The translations under genes were made by a program, and so were the position numbers. The notes below the pieces were generated by a model. It had not been told where the DNA came from. It made no database searches and worked only from the letters and a program-made list of their open reading frames with translations. Source: an uncultured bacterium (GTDB lineage Bacteria > Desulfobacterota_D > UBA1144 > Nemesobacterales > UBA2774). Taken from it: a stretch of DNA of 64,000 nt. The stretch spans positions 96,001-160,000 of the forward strand of contig CAVPJU010000010.1 of the NCBI GenBank assembly GCA_963705505.1, given 5' to 3'. Positions 1-10,022 of this stretch are shown here, in pieces. The first letter of the stretch is position 1, and every line of letters starts with the position of its first letter.

Positions 1-691
1 TTTCGTATTTCGTCTTTATCTTCCCGACCCTCTCCCGGAGCTCCTTTACCGATTGCTTTATGACGATGTCGAGCGCTCCCGCGGGTATGTCCTGAGCGTA
101 CATATCGAGCCTCAGCGCGTATACCGCGGTCACCTGAGCGCCTGCCAGGCCCGCGATGTCGAGCGCGTAGATGAGCGCGGTCTCGTTGTCGTCCGCAAGG
201 TCTATGGGTACGAGTATGTTCCTGAATTTGATTTCCTGTTGGGGGTCGGTTCTCTTGACGGCGAGCACGGGGATGTGTGAGCTCTTGAGCACCTTCACTG
301 TTTCGCTCCCGACCATCACGCTCTCCATGATTCCGTGTCCCTGTTTCCCCATGACTATAAGGTCCGCCTTTTTCCGGAGTGAGAATTCCCTGATCTTGTC
401 GCTTGGTATTCCTTTCAGAATCTCGCCGTCGAATTTTATCCCGGAATGCAGCAGCTCGCTCCGCACCTCGACGAACCTGTCGCTCACCCTCCTTTCCACC
501 TTCGACTGCCATTCACGGAATTCCTCGTCCTCTTCCCGGAGCGATTCGAAGAGCAGCTGTACCGGAAGCGGTATGACGTGCACCCCGATGATCTCGGCCC
601 CCGAGAGGCCGGCAATGTATTTCGCGTATCCCAGAGCAAGCTCCGCTTCATCCGATCCGTCAGTCGCCCAGAGAATCCTTTTTATCTCCAT
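1..691 (-). CDS. Universal stress protein (tandem Usp domains), 3' end runs off the window
   Basis: Manual reverse-strand translation from ATG at 691 gives MEIKRILWATDGSDEA..., with ADLIVMGKQGHG..MVGSETVKVL; paralogous to the USPs at 2790-6139. Absent from the ORF track because it has no stop in the window. Confidence 0.9.
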   Translation of the reverse strand, partial: MEIKRILWATDGSDEAELALGYAKYIAGLSGAEIIGVHVIPLPVQLLFESLREEDEEFREWQSKVERRVSDRFVEVRSELLHSGIKFDGEILKGIPSDKIREFSLRKKADLIVMGKQGHGIMESVMVGSETVKVLKSSHIPVLAVKRTDPQQEIKFRNILVPIDLADDNETALIYALDIAGLAGAQVTAVYALRLDMYAQDIPAGALDIVIKQSVKELRERVGKIKTKYE

Positions 692-797
692 ATTCGTTTA
701 CCTTTCGAGCAGTATTTTTCGTTTCTCCCTTTTATAGTCCCTAAGACAAAGGTGTTTATTCTACCACATTAAATTCGGATCCGACGGAAGCGTTTCG

Positions 798-1247
798 TCA
801 GAGCACTTTGGATTTGCTGCTGAGGGCCATGGCGAGGTTTACGAGCTCGGTCGCCACGACGACTATAAGGTCGTCGACGGATACTATGCCTTTTAACTTA
901 TTTCCCCGTGTGACCGGGAGCCTCCTTATCGAATTCTCGGAAAGTATCCGCAGCATCTCGAATATATCCGCATCCTCGTCGATCATTATGAGCTCTTTCG
1001 TCATGACTTCTTCGACGGTCACTTCATCGGGATTTTGCCTCTCGGCCATTGCCGACACTACGAGGTCCCTGTCCGTTATTATGCCCACCGGCCTCGATTC
1101 GCTGTCTATAACGACGAGCGCGCCCACGTCCTCGTTCATCATCATATAAGCGGCCTCCGACAGCGGGGACGAAGGAGAGACCGTTACGACGTTCTTGTTG
1201 ATTACCTCGTTCAGAAGCTCGGACTGGCTCTTTCTTTTTGCGTTCAT
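798..1247 (-). CDS. CBS domain-containing protein
   Basis: Paired CBS motifs (VGALVV..PVGIITDRDL; IRRLPV..LKGIVSVDDL). Confidence 0.92.
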   Translation of the reverse strand: MNAKRKSQSELLNEVINKNVVTVSPSSPLSEAAYMMMNEDVGALVVIDSESRPVGIITDRDLVVSAMAERQNPDEVTVEEVMTKELIMIDEDADIFEMLRILSENSIRRLPVTRGNKLKGIVSVDDLIVVVATELVNLAMALSSKSKVL

Positions 1248-1304
1248 TATTACCTCTCTACTTTGTGAAGTATACTCAATAAAAGACTCGGCTCTTTAGT
1301 ATAA

Positions 1305-1320
1305 TGCAACATTAATGCCA
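1305..1320 (-). promoter_or_regulatory. sigma54 (-24/-12) promoter for the CBS-USP genes
   Basis: Minus strand TGGCATTAATGTTGCA = GG-N10-GC, ~60 nt upstream of the ATG at 1247. Confidence 0.7.
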
Positions 1321-1458
1321 TTGCGAGGACGGGCATATAACACCGGGAAACCCGTACTATTCGAATAAACACGGTGCGGATTATGTCGTTTGTCGGATTT
1401 TCAGACAGACGCACAGCAGTATATATATAATATGCCTTGTGCAGGGGCATGCGGCGGG

Positions 1459-1473
1459 TGGCACCGTTATTGC
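1459..1473 (+). promoter_or_regulatory. sigma54 (-24/-12) promoter for the 1504 gene
   Basis: TGGCACCGTTATTGC = GG-N10-GC consensus, 30 nt upstream of GGAGG-preceded ATG 1504. Confidence 0.7.
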
Positions 1474-1503
1474 CACTTAATACGACTAAGACCGGAGGCT
1501 TCC

Positions 1504-1737
1504 ATGTCCGATTACGGCACGATTTACATGATCGATACGCAGTATAACGCGGAGAGGGACGCGACCGAGGTCTCTTTCGGGTATATAGAGAAGGAGGAGC
1601 AGGTGAAGGGCAGGATCAGGACGCTCAGGATCATAGTCAATGTGCCGGGTCACAGGGATGATAAAAAGGGCGCTGTCGACGAGGGGCTCAGGATTGCGAG
1701 GGAGTTCGTTTCGAGGGCCGCTCAGGCTCCCATTTGA
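1504..1737 (+). CDS. Small hypothetical protein (77 aa)
   Basis: GGAGG RBS before ATG 1504 (MSDYGTIYMIDTQY...); host-like codon usage; sigma54 site upstream. Confidence 0.7.
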   Translation: MSDYGTIYMIDTQYNAERDATEVSFGYIEKEEQVKGRIRTLRIIVNVPGHRDDKKGAVDEGLRIAREFVSRAAQAPI

Positions 1738-1757
1738 GTCCGATTGATGAGGGGCTG

Positions 1758-2756
1758 CTATTTGCCCGATATCCCTTCGAGCGCTTTTAATTTCAATTTA
1801 TCTCCGAGCGCGATCAATGTGTCTCCCGGGTTTATGACCGTCCTCGAGGTCGGATTGAACTGCATCGTGCCGTCGGGCTTTTTTACGGCTACGATAATGA
1901 TCCCCAGGTCACGGCCTATGCCCGATGCCTCGAGCGTTTTCCCCGAGAGCGCCGAGCCCGGGCGTATCTCAATTTCCTCGATCTGAATCTCGAGGTTCCC
2001 GCTCTTAGTCGCAAGCTCGATAAAATCGACTACGGCGGGCTTGAGTATCATGTTCGCTATCCTCAAGCCTCCAGTGTGGTAGGGCGATACGACCCTGTCC
2101 GCGCCCGCTCTCAGTATCTTCCGTTCGGAGCCTTCGTCACCCGCTCTCGTATAGATGAGCAAATGCGGGTTCAGCACACGGGCGCTCAAAACGACGAAAA
2201 GGTTTTCAGCGTCGGTGGGAAGGACGGATATGAGTCCCCGCGCCCTTTCGATGCCGGCCCTCATCAGCACTTCGTCTTTTGTAGCGTCGCCCTCGATCAA
2301 GACCAGCTCTTCATTATCCTCAATATCGACGGGGTCTTTTTCTATCGCTATGACATCCATGCCCTTCGAGGAGAGCTCCTTTACGACGGTCTTCCCCATC
2401 CTGCCGTAGCCGCATACGATGTAATGGTCTTTCAGATATTTTATTCGTCTTTCCAATCTCGACCTCCCGATTATCTGTTTCAATTCACCTTCAAGGACGA
2501 TCTTAGCCAGGGCGCTCAGCAGATAAAGGATTGTGCCGACACCGAGCGTAAGAAGCACCATCGTAAAGACCTCGCCCGCGGGCGTGAGGTCGTGCACCTC
2601 TCCGTACCCGACCGTCGTGAGGGTAGTCACGGTCATAAAGAGGGAATCACGGAAATTCCACCCCTCAATGACCATATAGCCGGTCGTGCCGATCGTATTT
2701 ATAAGAATTATCAGTAAAATAGGTATGAAGAGCTTTTTTCTGATTGCAGAAAACAT
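1758..2756 (-). CDS. Potassium channel protein with RCK (TrkA-N/TrkA-C) domains, MthK/Kch-like
   Basis: TTVGYGE selectivity filter, two TM helices, Rossmann CGYGRMG motif, C-terminal TrkA-C. Confidence 0.93.
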   Translation of the reverse strand: MFSAIRKKLFIPILLIILINTIGTTGYMVIEGWNFRDSLFMTVTTLTTVGYGEVHDLTPAGEVFTMVLLTLGVGTILYLLSALAKIVLEGELKQIIGRSRLERRIKYLKDHYIVCGYGRMGKTVVKELSSKGMDVIAIEKDPVDIEDNEELVLIEGDATKDEVLMRAGIERARGLISVLPTDAENLFVVLSARVLNPHLLIYTRAGDEGSERKILRAGADRVVSPYHTGGLRIANMILKPAVVDFIELATKSGNLEIQIEEIEIRPGSALSGKTLEASGIGRDLGIIIVAVKKPDGTMQFNPTSRTVINPGDTLIALGDKLKLKALEGISGK

Positions 2757-2789
2757 CTTGCTCCGTCGAAACGAATTTCGTGTATAAGG

Positions 2790-3659
2790 CTACACGGGCT
2801 TTACGGTGATAACGGGGCAGGGGGCTTCCTGAACGACTCGTTCAGCGACGCTCCCGATGAAGTCCTCACGCCTGAATTTGTAGCCCCCGTATGTGTTCAT
2901 CATTATGAGGTCTATGTTCTTCCGTTTTGCGTAATCCACGATCCCGATCCAGGCGTTCCTAGCCGTCTCCACGGCGGTCTCTACCCTGTCCTCGAGCTTC
3001 GCTTCCTCCACCTGCTCGGTGAGCTTATTGTATGCGTCCCCCCTCATGAGCTCTACGAGCTTCGGAGGGTATTTCCCCTCTCCGGTCGCGACTATATTGA
3101 GGCTGTATATATCTGCGTCCAGGTCCTTCGCCAGACCTAACGCCAGCTGCAAGTCCCTCGACAGTATATTGTAGAGGTCAGTCGGGACGAGTATCCTTTT
3201 AATACCCTTGTGCGCGGCGCCTTTTCTCACTATAAGTATCGGTATCCTCGAGCGTCTCAGCACCTTGAGAGCGGTCGCCCCGAGTATGTTTCTCTCCTCG
3301 GCCCTCCCTTTCCCGAGAACTATGAGGTCGGCGTTTTCCTCCTCCCCCGCCTCTATAATCTTGAGGTAGGGCACGCCTTGAGTTATGAGCGTCCTGAAGC
3401 GGAGCCCTTTCGATTTGAGCTCCTCCGATATATTGTTGAGCCTGTCGCTGCCCTTGGATTCCTTTTCCTTTATCCAGTCCGCAAGGAGGTCGAGCTCCCG
3501 GGGCGGGAACTCATCGAGCGCCTTCACTTCGAAGTAGTCCGGAATGACGTATAGCCCTATGATCTCCGAGTCCAGGGGCCGCGCGATGTTCTCGGCAAAC
3601 GTGAGCGCGTCGACCGAATCCTTCGAGCCGTCTGAGGCCCAAACAATTTTCTTTATCAA
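2790..3659 (-). CDS. Universal stress protein (tandem Usp domains)
   Basis: IVWASDGS, ADLIVLGKG, IGSVAERVVQEAPCPVITV motifs. Confidence 0.93.
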   Translation of the reverse strand: MIKKIVWASDGSKDSVDALTFAENIARPLDSEIIGLYVIPDYFEVKALDEFPPRELDLLADWIKEKESKGSDRLNNISEELKSKGLRFRTLITQGVPYLKIIEAGEEENADLIVLGKGRAEERNILGATALKVLRRSRIPILIVRKGAAHKGIKRILVPTDLYNILSRDLQLALGLAKDLDADIYSLNIVATGEGKYPPKLVELMRGDAYNKLTEQVEEAKLEDRVETAVETARNAWIGIVDYAKRKNIDLIMMNTYGGYKFRREDFIGSVAERVVQEAPCPVITVKPV

Positions 3660-3755
3660 GATGAGATCCTCCTTGTCCGCATCGGTTTGGGTTTTATTTT
3701 AATCGATATGAGCGGCGTTGAAAACGCGGAAGACGTATTTTGTGATAATTCCGCA

Positions 3756-4361
3756 TCATTTTCCCGTTTTTTTATCCGGGAGAGGGACGGGTTTGGGGAC
3801 AGCGTTTTTCACCGGGGTTATCGTCATAAGGTAGGCGAATATAGCTTTAAGGTCTTCGTCACTGAGCTTCCCGTAATCCTGCCAGGGCATCGGCGGGAGC
3901 ACGTCCCTTTTGAAGTCTATATGCTTCCCGGTCCTCATCGTCTCTATGAATACCTGCTCCGTCCACTTCCCTATACCGGTCTCGGGGTCGGGCGTAATGT
4001 TTTTTGAGAATGTGAGCCCCCACGGGCCCGCCCATTCCGTCGAGTCGAGCGTGCCCAGGAACTCTATCCACTCCCCGGAGCCGACCTCGGCGTCCGGCAA
4101 ACGGGGGATCTCCGCGTCCTGGGGGTGGCCAGAGAGCCGCCTCTTCATATCGGGCACGGGGCCTTCTTTGGTCTCGATTAGCGGCGTGTGGCAGTAATCG
4201 CAGTTCCCTTCGGTGACGAGCTGCTTTCCCCTCTCCGCGTATTTGTTCCCCGCGGAGTACGCATCTTTTTCACCCGCTCCCGTCCGCAGGCATGTGATTA
4301 TGAAAAGGCACAACGTGGCCGAAATAACGGTCTTAATCATTGTCTTCATGCGGTTATCCAT
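3756..4361 (-). CDS. Exported c-type cytochrome (single CxxCH)
   Basis: Signal-like N-terminus, CDYCH heme motif, NITPD..TGIG-W and PPMPW (distal Met) motifs. Confidence 0.85.
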   Translation of the reverse strand: MDNRMKTMIKTVISATLCLFIITCLRTGAGEKDAYSAGNKYAERGKQLVTEGNCDYCHTPLIETKEGPVPDMKRRLSGHPQDAEIPRLPDAEVGSGEWIEFLGTLDSTEWAGPWGLTFSKNITPDPETGIGKWTEQVFIETMRTGKHIDFKRDVLPPMPWQDYGKLSDEDLKAIFAYLMTITPVKNAVPKPVPLPDKKTGK

Positions 4362-4364
4362 ATC

Positions 4365-5279
4365 TCAGGGCTTAAATGCGAGAACGGGCGAGTGTGCTTC
4401 GCGTATGACCTTATCGGTTTCGCTGCCGAGTATTACCCTCTCGAGACCCTTCCTGCCGTGAGTGCTCACGGCTATCAGGTCAAAGCCGTTTTCCTGTGCG
4501 TAGTCGGTGATGGTAAGAGCCGGGCTTACGCCTGTAAGGACGACGGTCTCGACCTCGATACCCGCAGCCGCGTCATTGACCCGGGAGCATCCCGCCTTGA
4601 TCTCGTCCACCCTCCGTCTTAACTCATTTGAGGAGTGCGCCGTAAGCTCGTCCACGAGCTGAGGGCTTAGCTCGTAGACGTTTGCGTCTATCCAGAAGAC
4701 GTAGACGGCGGTTATGGAAGCCCCGAGCTTCGCGGCAAGGCCGATCGAGTACGATAGCGACGACTCGGCAGTGTCCGAGATATCGAACGGGACGAGTATT
4801 TTTTTTATATCGTATTCTTTTTTGTCGCTGTCCGGTTTGACCGAGAGCACCGGGACAGGGGAGTTCCTCAGCACCTTGAGCGTATTGCTGCCGAGAAGAG
4901 CGCTCCCTATGAGACCGTGGCCCTTCTTGCCCATAACGATTAGCTGGGCTCCCTCGCTGCGCGCCGTCTCTATTATCCAGTCTACAACGCTCCCCCTCAC
5001 GATTCTGGAGGAGATCCTCACACCCGGGTTTTCCCCTTCTATGCGCTTGAATTCGTTCCCGAACCTCTCCTCGGTCTTCTTGAGGATGTCCATAACAACG
5101 GTTTCATAGGTCGGGTAGAGGTCTGTTACGGGGATTTGTATCTCGCTCACGTGGAGGCACATGATCTCGGCAGAGAATTTACGTGCAAGATACAGTGCCA
5201 TTTTGAGGGATTCTTCCGCTTCCTTCGAGCCGTCCGTCGGCCAGAGAATTTTTTTAATGTCCATGTTTTCGCCGGTCAC
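4365..5279 (-). CDS. Universal stress protein (tandem Usp domains)
   Basis: ILWPTDGS, LIVMGKKGHG..LLGS, STHGRKG..LGSETDKVIR motifs. Confidence 0.93.
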   Translation of the reverse strand: MTGENMDIKKILWPTDGSKEAEESLKMALYLARKFSAEIMCLHVSEIQIPVTDLYPTYETVVMDILKKTEERFGNEFKRIEGENPGVRISSRIVRGSVVDWIIETARSEGAQLIVMGKKGHGLIGSALLGSNTLKVLRNSPVPVLSVKPDSDKKEYDIKKILVPFDISDTAESSLSYSIGLAAKLGASITAVYVFWIDANVYELSPQLVDELTAHSSNELRRRVDEIKAGCSRVNDAAAGIEVETVVLTGVSPALTITDYAQENGFDLIAVSTHGRKGLERVILGSETDKVIREAHSPVLAFKP

Positions 5280-6139
5280 GGAGTCATGGTGATTACGGGG
5301 CAGTGAGACTCCTGTATAACCTTTTCCGAGACGCTGCCTATAAACTCCTTTTTGAACCTGCCTCCGCCGTAAGTCATTATAACAATTAAATCAGCTTTTT
5401 TGTCAAAAGCAAAGTCCACGATTCCGCGCCACCCGTTCACGGCTATGACGGTGTATATTTCGAGGTTGTCTTTCAGCCTGGTCGTGCCCACAGTCTCCTT
5501 TAATTCCCTGTGCGCGAATCCCCTCAACTGCTCGCCCAGCTCGGGCGGGTATTTCTGGTATCCTGTCTCGACGACGTTCACGACTTCGACGCGGGCGCCG
5601 AACGCGACCGCGAGTTGTATCGCGTAATCGAAGCTCCTTCCGAGCCCGTGGGAGAGGTCGACCGGGAGAACTATTTTTTTGATTGTCCCTTTGAATTTAT
5701 CCCCCCTGGCCGTCAGAACCGGGACCCTCGAAGTCCTCAGCACTTTAAGCGCAGTCCCGCCAAGTATAGTCTTCTCAACGGAGCGCCCCCTTCCGAGCGC
5801 TATCAGGTCTGCGTCCTGTTTAGCCGCAAAATTGGTAATGGTCTTCGAAGGGATGCCCTTTACTATATCGTATTCGAAGTTTATCCCCTTCTTCGAGAGG
5901 TCACGTTTGACCTTCTCCATCGTCTCCCTCCTCCCCGTAATGAGGTTGAGGTCTATCCAGTCGCGGAACTTGGCTTTCTCAGTCGGGGGGAAAAGGTTTA
6001 CGACCGTGTAGTATTCGGGGATTACCGAAATGCCGAGAATCTGGGAATTGAATTTAACCGATATCGCCTCGGCGATTTTAAGTGCATGCTCGGAGTCGCT
6101 CGTCCCGTCTGCTCCCCAGACGATCTTATTTATTTTCAA
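5276..6139 (-). CDS. Universal stress protein (tandem Usp domains)
   Basis: IVWGADG, ADLIALGRG, IGSVSEKVIQESHCPVIT; close paralogue of 2790-3659. Confidence 0.93.
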   Translation of the reverse strand: MKINKIVWGADGTSDSEHALKIAEAISVKFNSQILGISVIPEYYTVVNLFPPTEKAKFRDWIDLNLITGRRETMEKVKRDLSKKGINFEYDIVKGIPSKTITNFAAKQDADLIALGRGRSVEKTILGGTALKVLRTSRVPVLTARGDKFKGTIKKIVLPVDLSHGLGRSFDYAIQLAVAFGARVEVVNVVETGYQKYPPELGEQLRGFAHRELKETVGTTRLKDNLEIYTVIAVNGWRGIVDFAFDKKADLIVIMTYGGGRFKKEFIGSVSEKVIQESHCPVITMTP

Positions 6140-6206
6140 GGTGGCCTCCTCGTATTTTTCAGTCGGAGCGGGAGCCGCGCTTATGGCGACCCCGCCCCGG
6201 CGCCTG

Positions 6207-6662
6207 TTACTTTATATCGACCTTGATCTCTTTCGCCTTCGATTCGGCCGCCTTGGGGAGGTGGACTTCAAGTATTCCGTCCTTGAATTCAGCCGATATC
6301 TTGCTCTCCACGACCTTAGCTGGAAGGGTCAACGACCGGGAAAAGCTGCCGTACGACCTCTCGGAATAATAGTAGTCCTCTTCCTTGACCTCCTCTTCCT
6401 TCTTCACTTCCCCCTTGATCGTAAGCGTATTGTCCGATACCGAGATCTTTATGTTCTTCTTGTCTATCCCCGGCACCTCCGCCTTGACAACTATCTCGTC
6501 TGCCTTGTCGAACATATCGACAGCAGGGGAAACCGCCTCGAATTCAGTCATCCATTTAAACCTTGGGAATCTCCTTAAAAACCTCGACGGAAAATTTTCT
6601 TCGAACATATCCTCGAAGAACTTCTCCATACTCTTTGTCGGTTCCCATCTTTTTAGCGCCAT
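6207..6662 (-). CDS. Small heat-shock protein (Hsp20/alpha-crystallin)
   Basis: PAVDM..AEVPG, ERSYGSFSRSLTLP, AEFKDGILEV motifs; GGAGG RBS. Confidence 0.96.
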   Translation of the reverse strand: MALKRWEPTKSMEKFFEDMFEENFPSRFLRRFPRFKWMTEFEAVSPAVDMFDKADEIVVKAEVPGIDKKNIKISVSDNTLTIKGEVKKEEEVKEEDYYYSERSYGSFSRSLTLPAKVVESKISAEFKDGILEVHLPKAAESKAKEIKVDIK

Positions 6663-6706
6663 GATTCTGCCCTCCTGATAGTTGGATTTATATTAAATAA
6701 TTATAA

Positions 6707-6721
6707 TCAAGTTCCATGCCG
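6707..6721 (-). promoter_or_regulatory. Possible variant sigma54 promoter upstream of hsp20
   Basis: Minus strand CGGCATGGAACTTGA: GG-N10-GA, correct spacing but -12 GA instead of GC. Confidence 0.4.
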
Positions 6722-6965
6722 TAAAAAGAACTATAGAATGTTTAGGGCACAATTGCGCGTATAATTTGAATTACGGCTATAATAATTGATGTCCGTTGTA
6801 TGATAATATGACAGAAATGGCGGCATATACATTCAGCGAGCGCTCCGGGTCATTGTCCCGGAGAGAAGCGAAAAACACCCGGGCGGGCCGCCACAATTTA
6901 TAATCCGGGGAGACTCGTACGGGCCTTGCATATTACGAAAGAATTGTATATTTCCGGGTGAATAA

Positions 6966-8087
6966 ATGAACAGAAAGTACATATTGATCCTCCTCTCCGC
7001 TGCTGTTATAGCCGTCCTCGCTTACCTCTTTCTCGTTAATAACAAGAACGGGCCTGCGGAAAACGCGAAGGTCGAGAAAAAGAGATACATCAAGTCCGTA
7101 TATGCTTCGGGCTACGTGGACAGCGTCAACAAGGTGCAGATAAAGCCCGAGGTGTCGGGGTATATAGATCATATTTACGTCAAGGAAGGGGACAAGGTAA
7201 AAAAGGGCGAGGTAATCGCCACTATTAAAAACGACAAACTGAAAGAGCAGCTCAGGGAAATATCCGCGAAAAGGGAGCTCACCGAGAGCAGAATGAAAGA
7301 AGACTCACCCTTCCTCAAGGCTCTCAAGGACGAAATAGGCATATGGAAGATGAATACGGAGATCGAGAGGAGGAACTTCGAGAGGAGGGAGTCCCTTTTC
7401 AAGAAGGGGATAATTTCGAAGGAATCGTTCGACCAGGCAAAGCAGAGCCTCGAGGTGACCGAAAAGACGTACACAAAATCGCTTGAGAGCTTAAACGACC
7501 AGCTCGCGTCCCTTAAGTCCGAGCTCAACTCCCTCACTGCGTCCGAGCAGGCAGTCGTGCGCGAGATGGAAAAGCACGAGATCAAGTCCCCTGTCGACGG
7601 CGAGATTCTCAGGAAGTTCGCGGAGGAAGGGGATTACGTCAACAGCGTGCTCAAGGAAGATGTCATGTTCTCGATCGGCAACCCCGGAGAGCTTGAGACC
7701 GACCTTCTGGTCGATGAGGAATATATTCCGCTCATAAAACCCGGCCAGAAGGTGCTCATAACGACTGACGCCTACCCGGACAAGGTTTTCGAAGGAAAAA
7801 TCAGGGTCATAGAGAGGGAATCCGACAGGGTCTCCCGGACCGTGAAGGTCAAAGCCGATACCGACTATCCCCCCGACATACCCGTCGGCATAACGGTCGA
7901 GGCCAATATCATAGTGACCGACAGGGACGGGCTATTCATATCCAAAGAAGCCTACAAGGACGGGTATATCGAGGTCGTAAAGGACGGGAAGACGGTCAGG
8001 GTTCCCGTTGAGACCGGCGTCGAAGAAGACAGCTACATAGAAATCAAGGACGGGGTCACTGAGCAGAAGGAGATTCCGACCCGTTGA
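6966..8087 (+). CDS. Efflux membrane fusion protein (MacA/HlyD-like)
   Basis: N-terminal TM anchor, VSGYI..VKEGDKVKKG lipoyl half-motifs, coiled coil, IKSPVDG. Confidence 0.9.
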   Translation: MNRKYILILLSAAVIAVLAYLFLVNNKNGPAENAKVEKKRYIKSVYASGYVDSVNKVQIKPEVSGYIDHIYVKEGDKVKKGEVIATIKNDKLKEQLREISAKRELTESRMKEDSPFLKALKDEIGIWKMNTEIERRNFERRESLFKKGIISKESFDQAKQSLEVTEKTYTKSLESLNDQLASLKSELNSLTASEQAVVREMEKHEIKSPVDGEILRKFAEEGDYVNSVLKEDVMFSIGNPGELETDLLVDEEYIPLIKPGQKVLITTDAYPDKVFEGKIRVIERESDRVSRTVKVKADTDYPPDIPVGITVEANIIVTDRDGLFISKEAYKDGYIEVVKDGKTVRVPVETGVEEDSYIEIKDGVTEQKEIPTR

Positions 8088-9337
8088 GATCCATCCTGTT
8101 CATCGCGTTAAAGCTCCTCACCGAAAGGAAAAGGCAGGCTTTCGTCTCGATTGTCGGCGTTGCCATCGGTGTGGCTGCTTTCATAGCGATGAGCTCCGTT
8201 ATGAACGGCTTCCAGATCTACTTCATAAAGCAGGCGGTCGATATAAACGCCCATATCACTCTCAAGGTCGAGGAATCGGATGATCCCGACAGGATACTAA
8301 AAGAGGCCTACGGCGATAATATCGTTGCAGAGGTGCTCGGCTCCAAACCCAAAGACCTGAAGGATAAGATCACAGGCTACAAGCATTTCATAGACAAATA
8401 CGAAAAGGACGACAGGGTGCTCGGCATAGCGCCCCACCTCACGGGGCAGGCAATAATCAATTACGGCACGAAGGAAAAGAGCGCGACACTTATAGGCATC
8501 GACCCCGTTCTCGAGAGGAACGCGTCTGTCGTGGACAATTACATCGAGTTCGGGAACCTGGACAAGATAGTGACCGACAGGAACAGCATCGTTATAGGGA
8601 AGCTCCTCGCGAGGGACCTCGGTATTAAGGAAACCGGGAAGAAAGTGACCCTCGTTTCGCCGAGCGGAGGCATCTATACGCTAAAGGTCGTCGATTTCTT
8701 TAACTCGGGAATAACCAGCATCGACCAGTCGAGGGTTTATATGAACCTCCGCACCCTGCAGGCGATACTCGATAAACCGAATCAGGTGAACGAGCTCATA
8801 ATCAAGGTAAAGGACGTCGATCAGGCGGAGAGCCTCGCGAGCGAGATGTCGGAGGATACGGGGTATTACGCGGAGAGCTGGCAGAGGGCTTTCAGCAACT
8901 TCCTTCAGATATTTAAAATGCAGAACTGGATAACGTACATGATGGTATTCGCAATCCTTATCGTCTCCGCGTTCGGTATCTTCAACATCATGATGATGAC
9001 CGTGCTCGAGAAAAAGAGAGATATAGCGATCCTGAAGGCGATAGGATACGAGGACGGGGAGATAACGAGGATCTTCGTGTTCCAGGGACTCCTCGTGGGA
9101 CTTATCGGCGCGCTCATCGGGTGTCTCCTCGGGTATCTCATTGAGGTATGGCTCGCGTCGCTAAAGTTCGATCTGGTGGGCATAATCAGGGCGAGCGGGT
9201 TCGTTCTCGACAGGAGGCCGCGTTATTTCGTGCTCGGCTTCATATTCGCGATGATATTCGCGTTCTTCGCCTCATTTTACCCCTCCTGGAGGGCATCCAA
9301 GCTCTTCCCGGTGGACATATTCCGGTCAAGCGTATGA
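8084..9337 (+). CDS. ABC transporter permease (LolC/E / MacB-FtsX family)
   Basis: GVAIGVAA N-terminal TM, periplasmic domain, VLEKKRDIAILKAIG motif. Confidence 0.92.
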   Translation: MRSILFIALKLLTERKRQAFVSIVGVAIGVAAFIAMSSVMNGFQIYFIKQAVDINAHITLKVEESDDPDRILKEAYGDNIVAEVLGSKPKDLKDKITGYKHFIDKYEKDDRVLGIAPHLTGQAIINYGTKEKSATLIGIDPVLERNASVVDNYIEFGNLDKIVTDRNSIVIGKLLARDLGIKETGKKVTLVSPSGGIYTLKVVDFFNSGITSIDQSRVYMNLRTLQAILDKPNQVNELIIKVKDVDQAESLASEMSEDTGYYAESWQRAFSNFLQIFKMQNWITYMMVFAILIVSAFGIFNIMMMTVLEKKRDIAILKAIGYEDGEITRIFVFQGLLVGLIGALIGCLLGYLIEVWLASLKFDLVGIIRASGFVLDRRPRYFVLGFIFAMIFAFFASFYPSWRASKLFPVDIFRSSV

Positions 9338-9996
9338 GCGTAATCCTCGAAGGCAGGGACATAAAGAAGTCCATAGGCGAGAGCGCGATACTGAATGGAA
9401 TATCGATCAGTATCGCGAAAGGGGACTTCGTCAGCATCGTAGGGGCTTCGGGCTCGGGCAAGAGCTCTCTCATGTACATACTGGGGCTCCTGGACGCGCC
9501 GACATCAGGGGATGTCATCATAGACGAAAAAAAGATCGATTTCGGCGACGCCAAGCTGCTCTCGCGAATAAGGAACAGGAAGATAGGGTTCGTGTTCCAG
9601 TTCCATTACCTCATTACCGAGCTCACCGCTTATGAAAACATACTCATACCCATGCTGAAGAACGGCGCAAACGACGGGGGCCTCGCGAAGGAGAAGTGTT
9701 ATAATCTCATCGAGAGCCTCGGGCTCAAGGGCAAAGAGGACAGGAAGCCCTATCAGATGTCGGGCGGGGAGCAGCAGAGGGTGGCGATCGCGAGGGCGCT
9801 CGCGAACGACCCCGAAATAATCATGGCCGACGAGCCCACGGGCAACCTCGACTCCAAGAACTCCGCCGTCGTAATGGACGTGTTCCTGGAGCTAAACGAA
9901 AAGGGGAGGGCTATACTCATGATCACGCACGAAATGCACCTCGCCAAACTGACTAAAAAAATATTGGAAATAAAAGACGGTCTTATGGTGAGCTGA
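9334..9996 (+). CDS. ABC transporter ATP-binding protein (LolD/MacB-like)
   Basis: GASGSGKS Walker A, IGFVFQFHYL, MSGGEQQRVAIARAL, DEPTGNLD; ATG overlaps the permease stop. Confidence 0.95.
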   Translation: MSVILEGRDIKKSIGESAILNGISISIAKGDFVSIVGASGSGKSSLMYILGLLDAPTSGDVIIDEKKIDFGDAKLLSRIRNRKIGFVFQFHYLITELTAYENILIPMLKNGANDGGLAKEKCYNLIESLGLKGKEDRKPYQMSGGEQQRVAIARALANDPEIIMADEPTGNLDSKNSAVVMDVFLELNEKGRAILMITHEMHLAKLTKKILEIKDGLMVS

Positions 9997-10022
9997 AGGG
10001 CGAAAGTGCGGAGGGAATTCGT

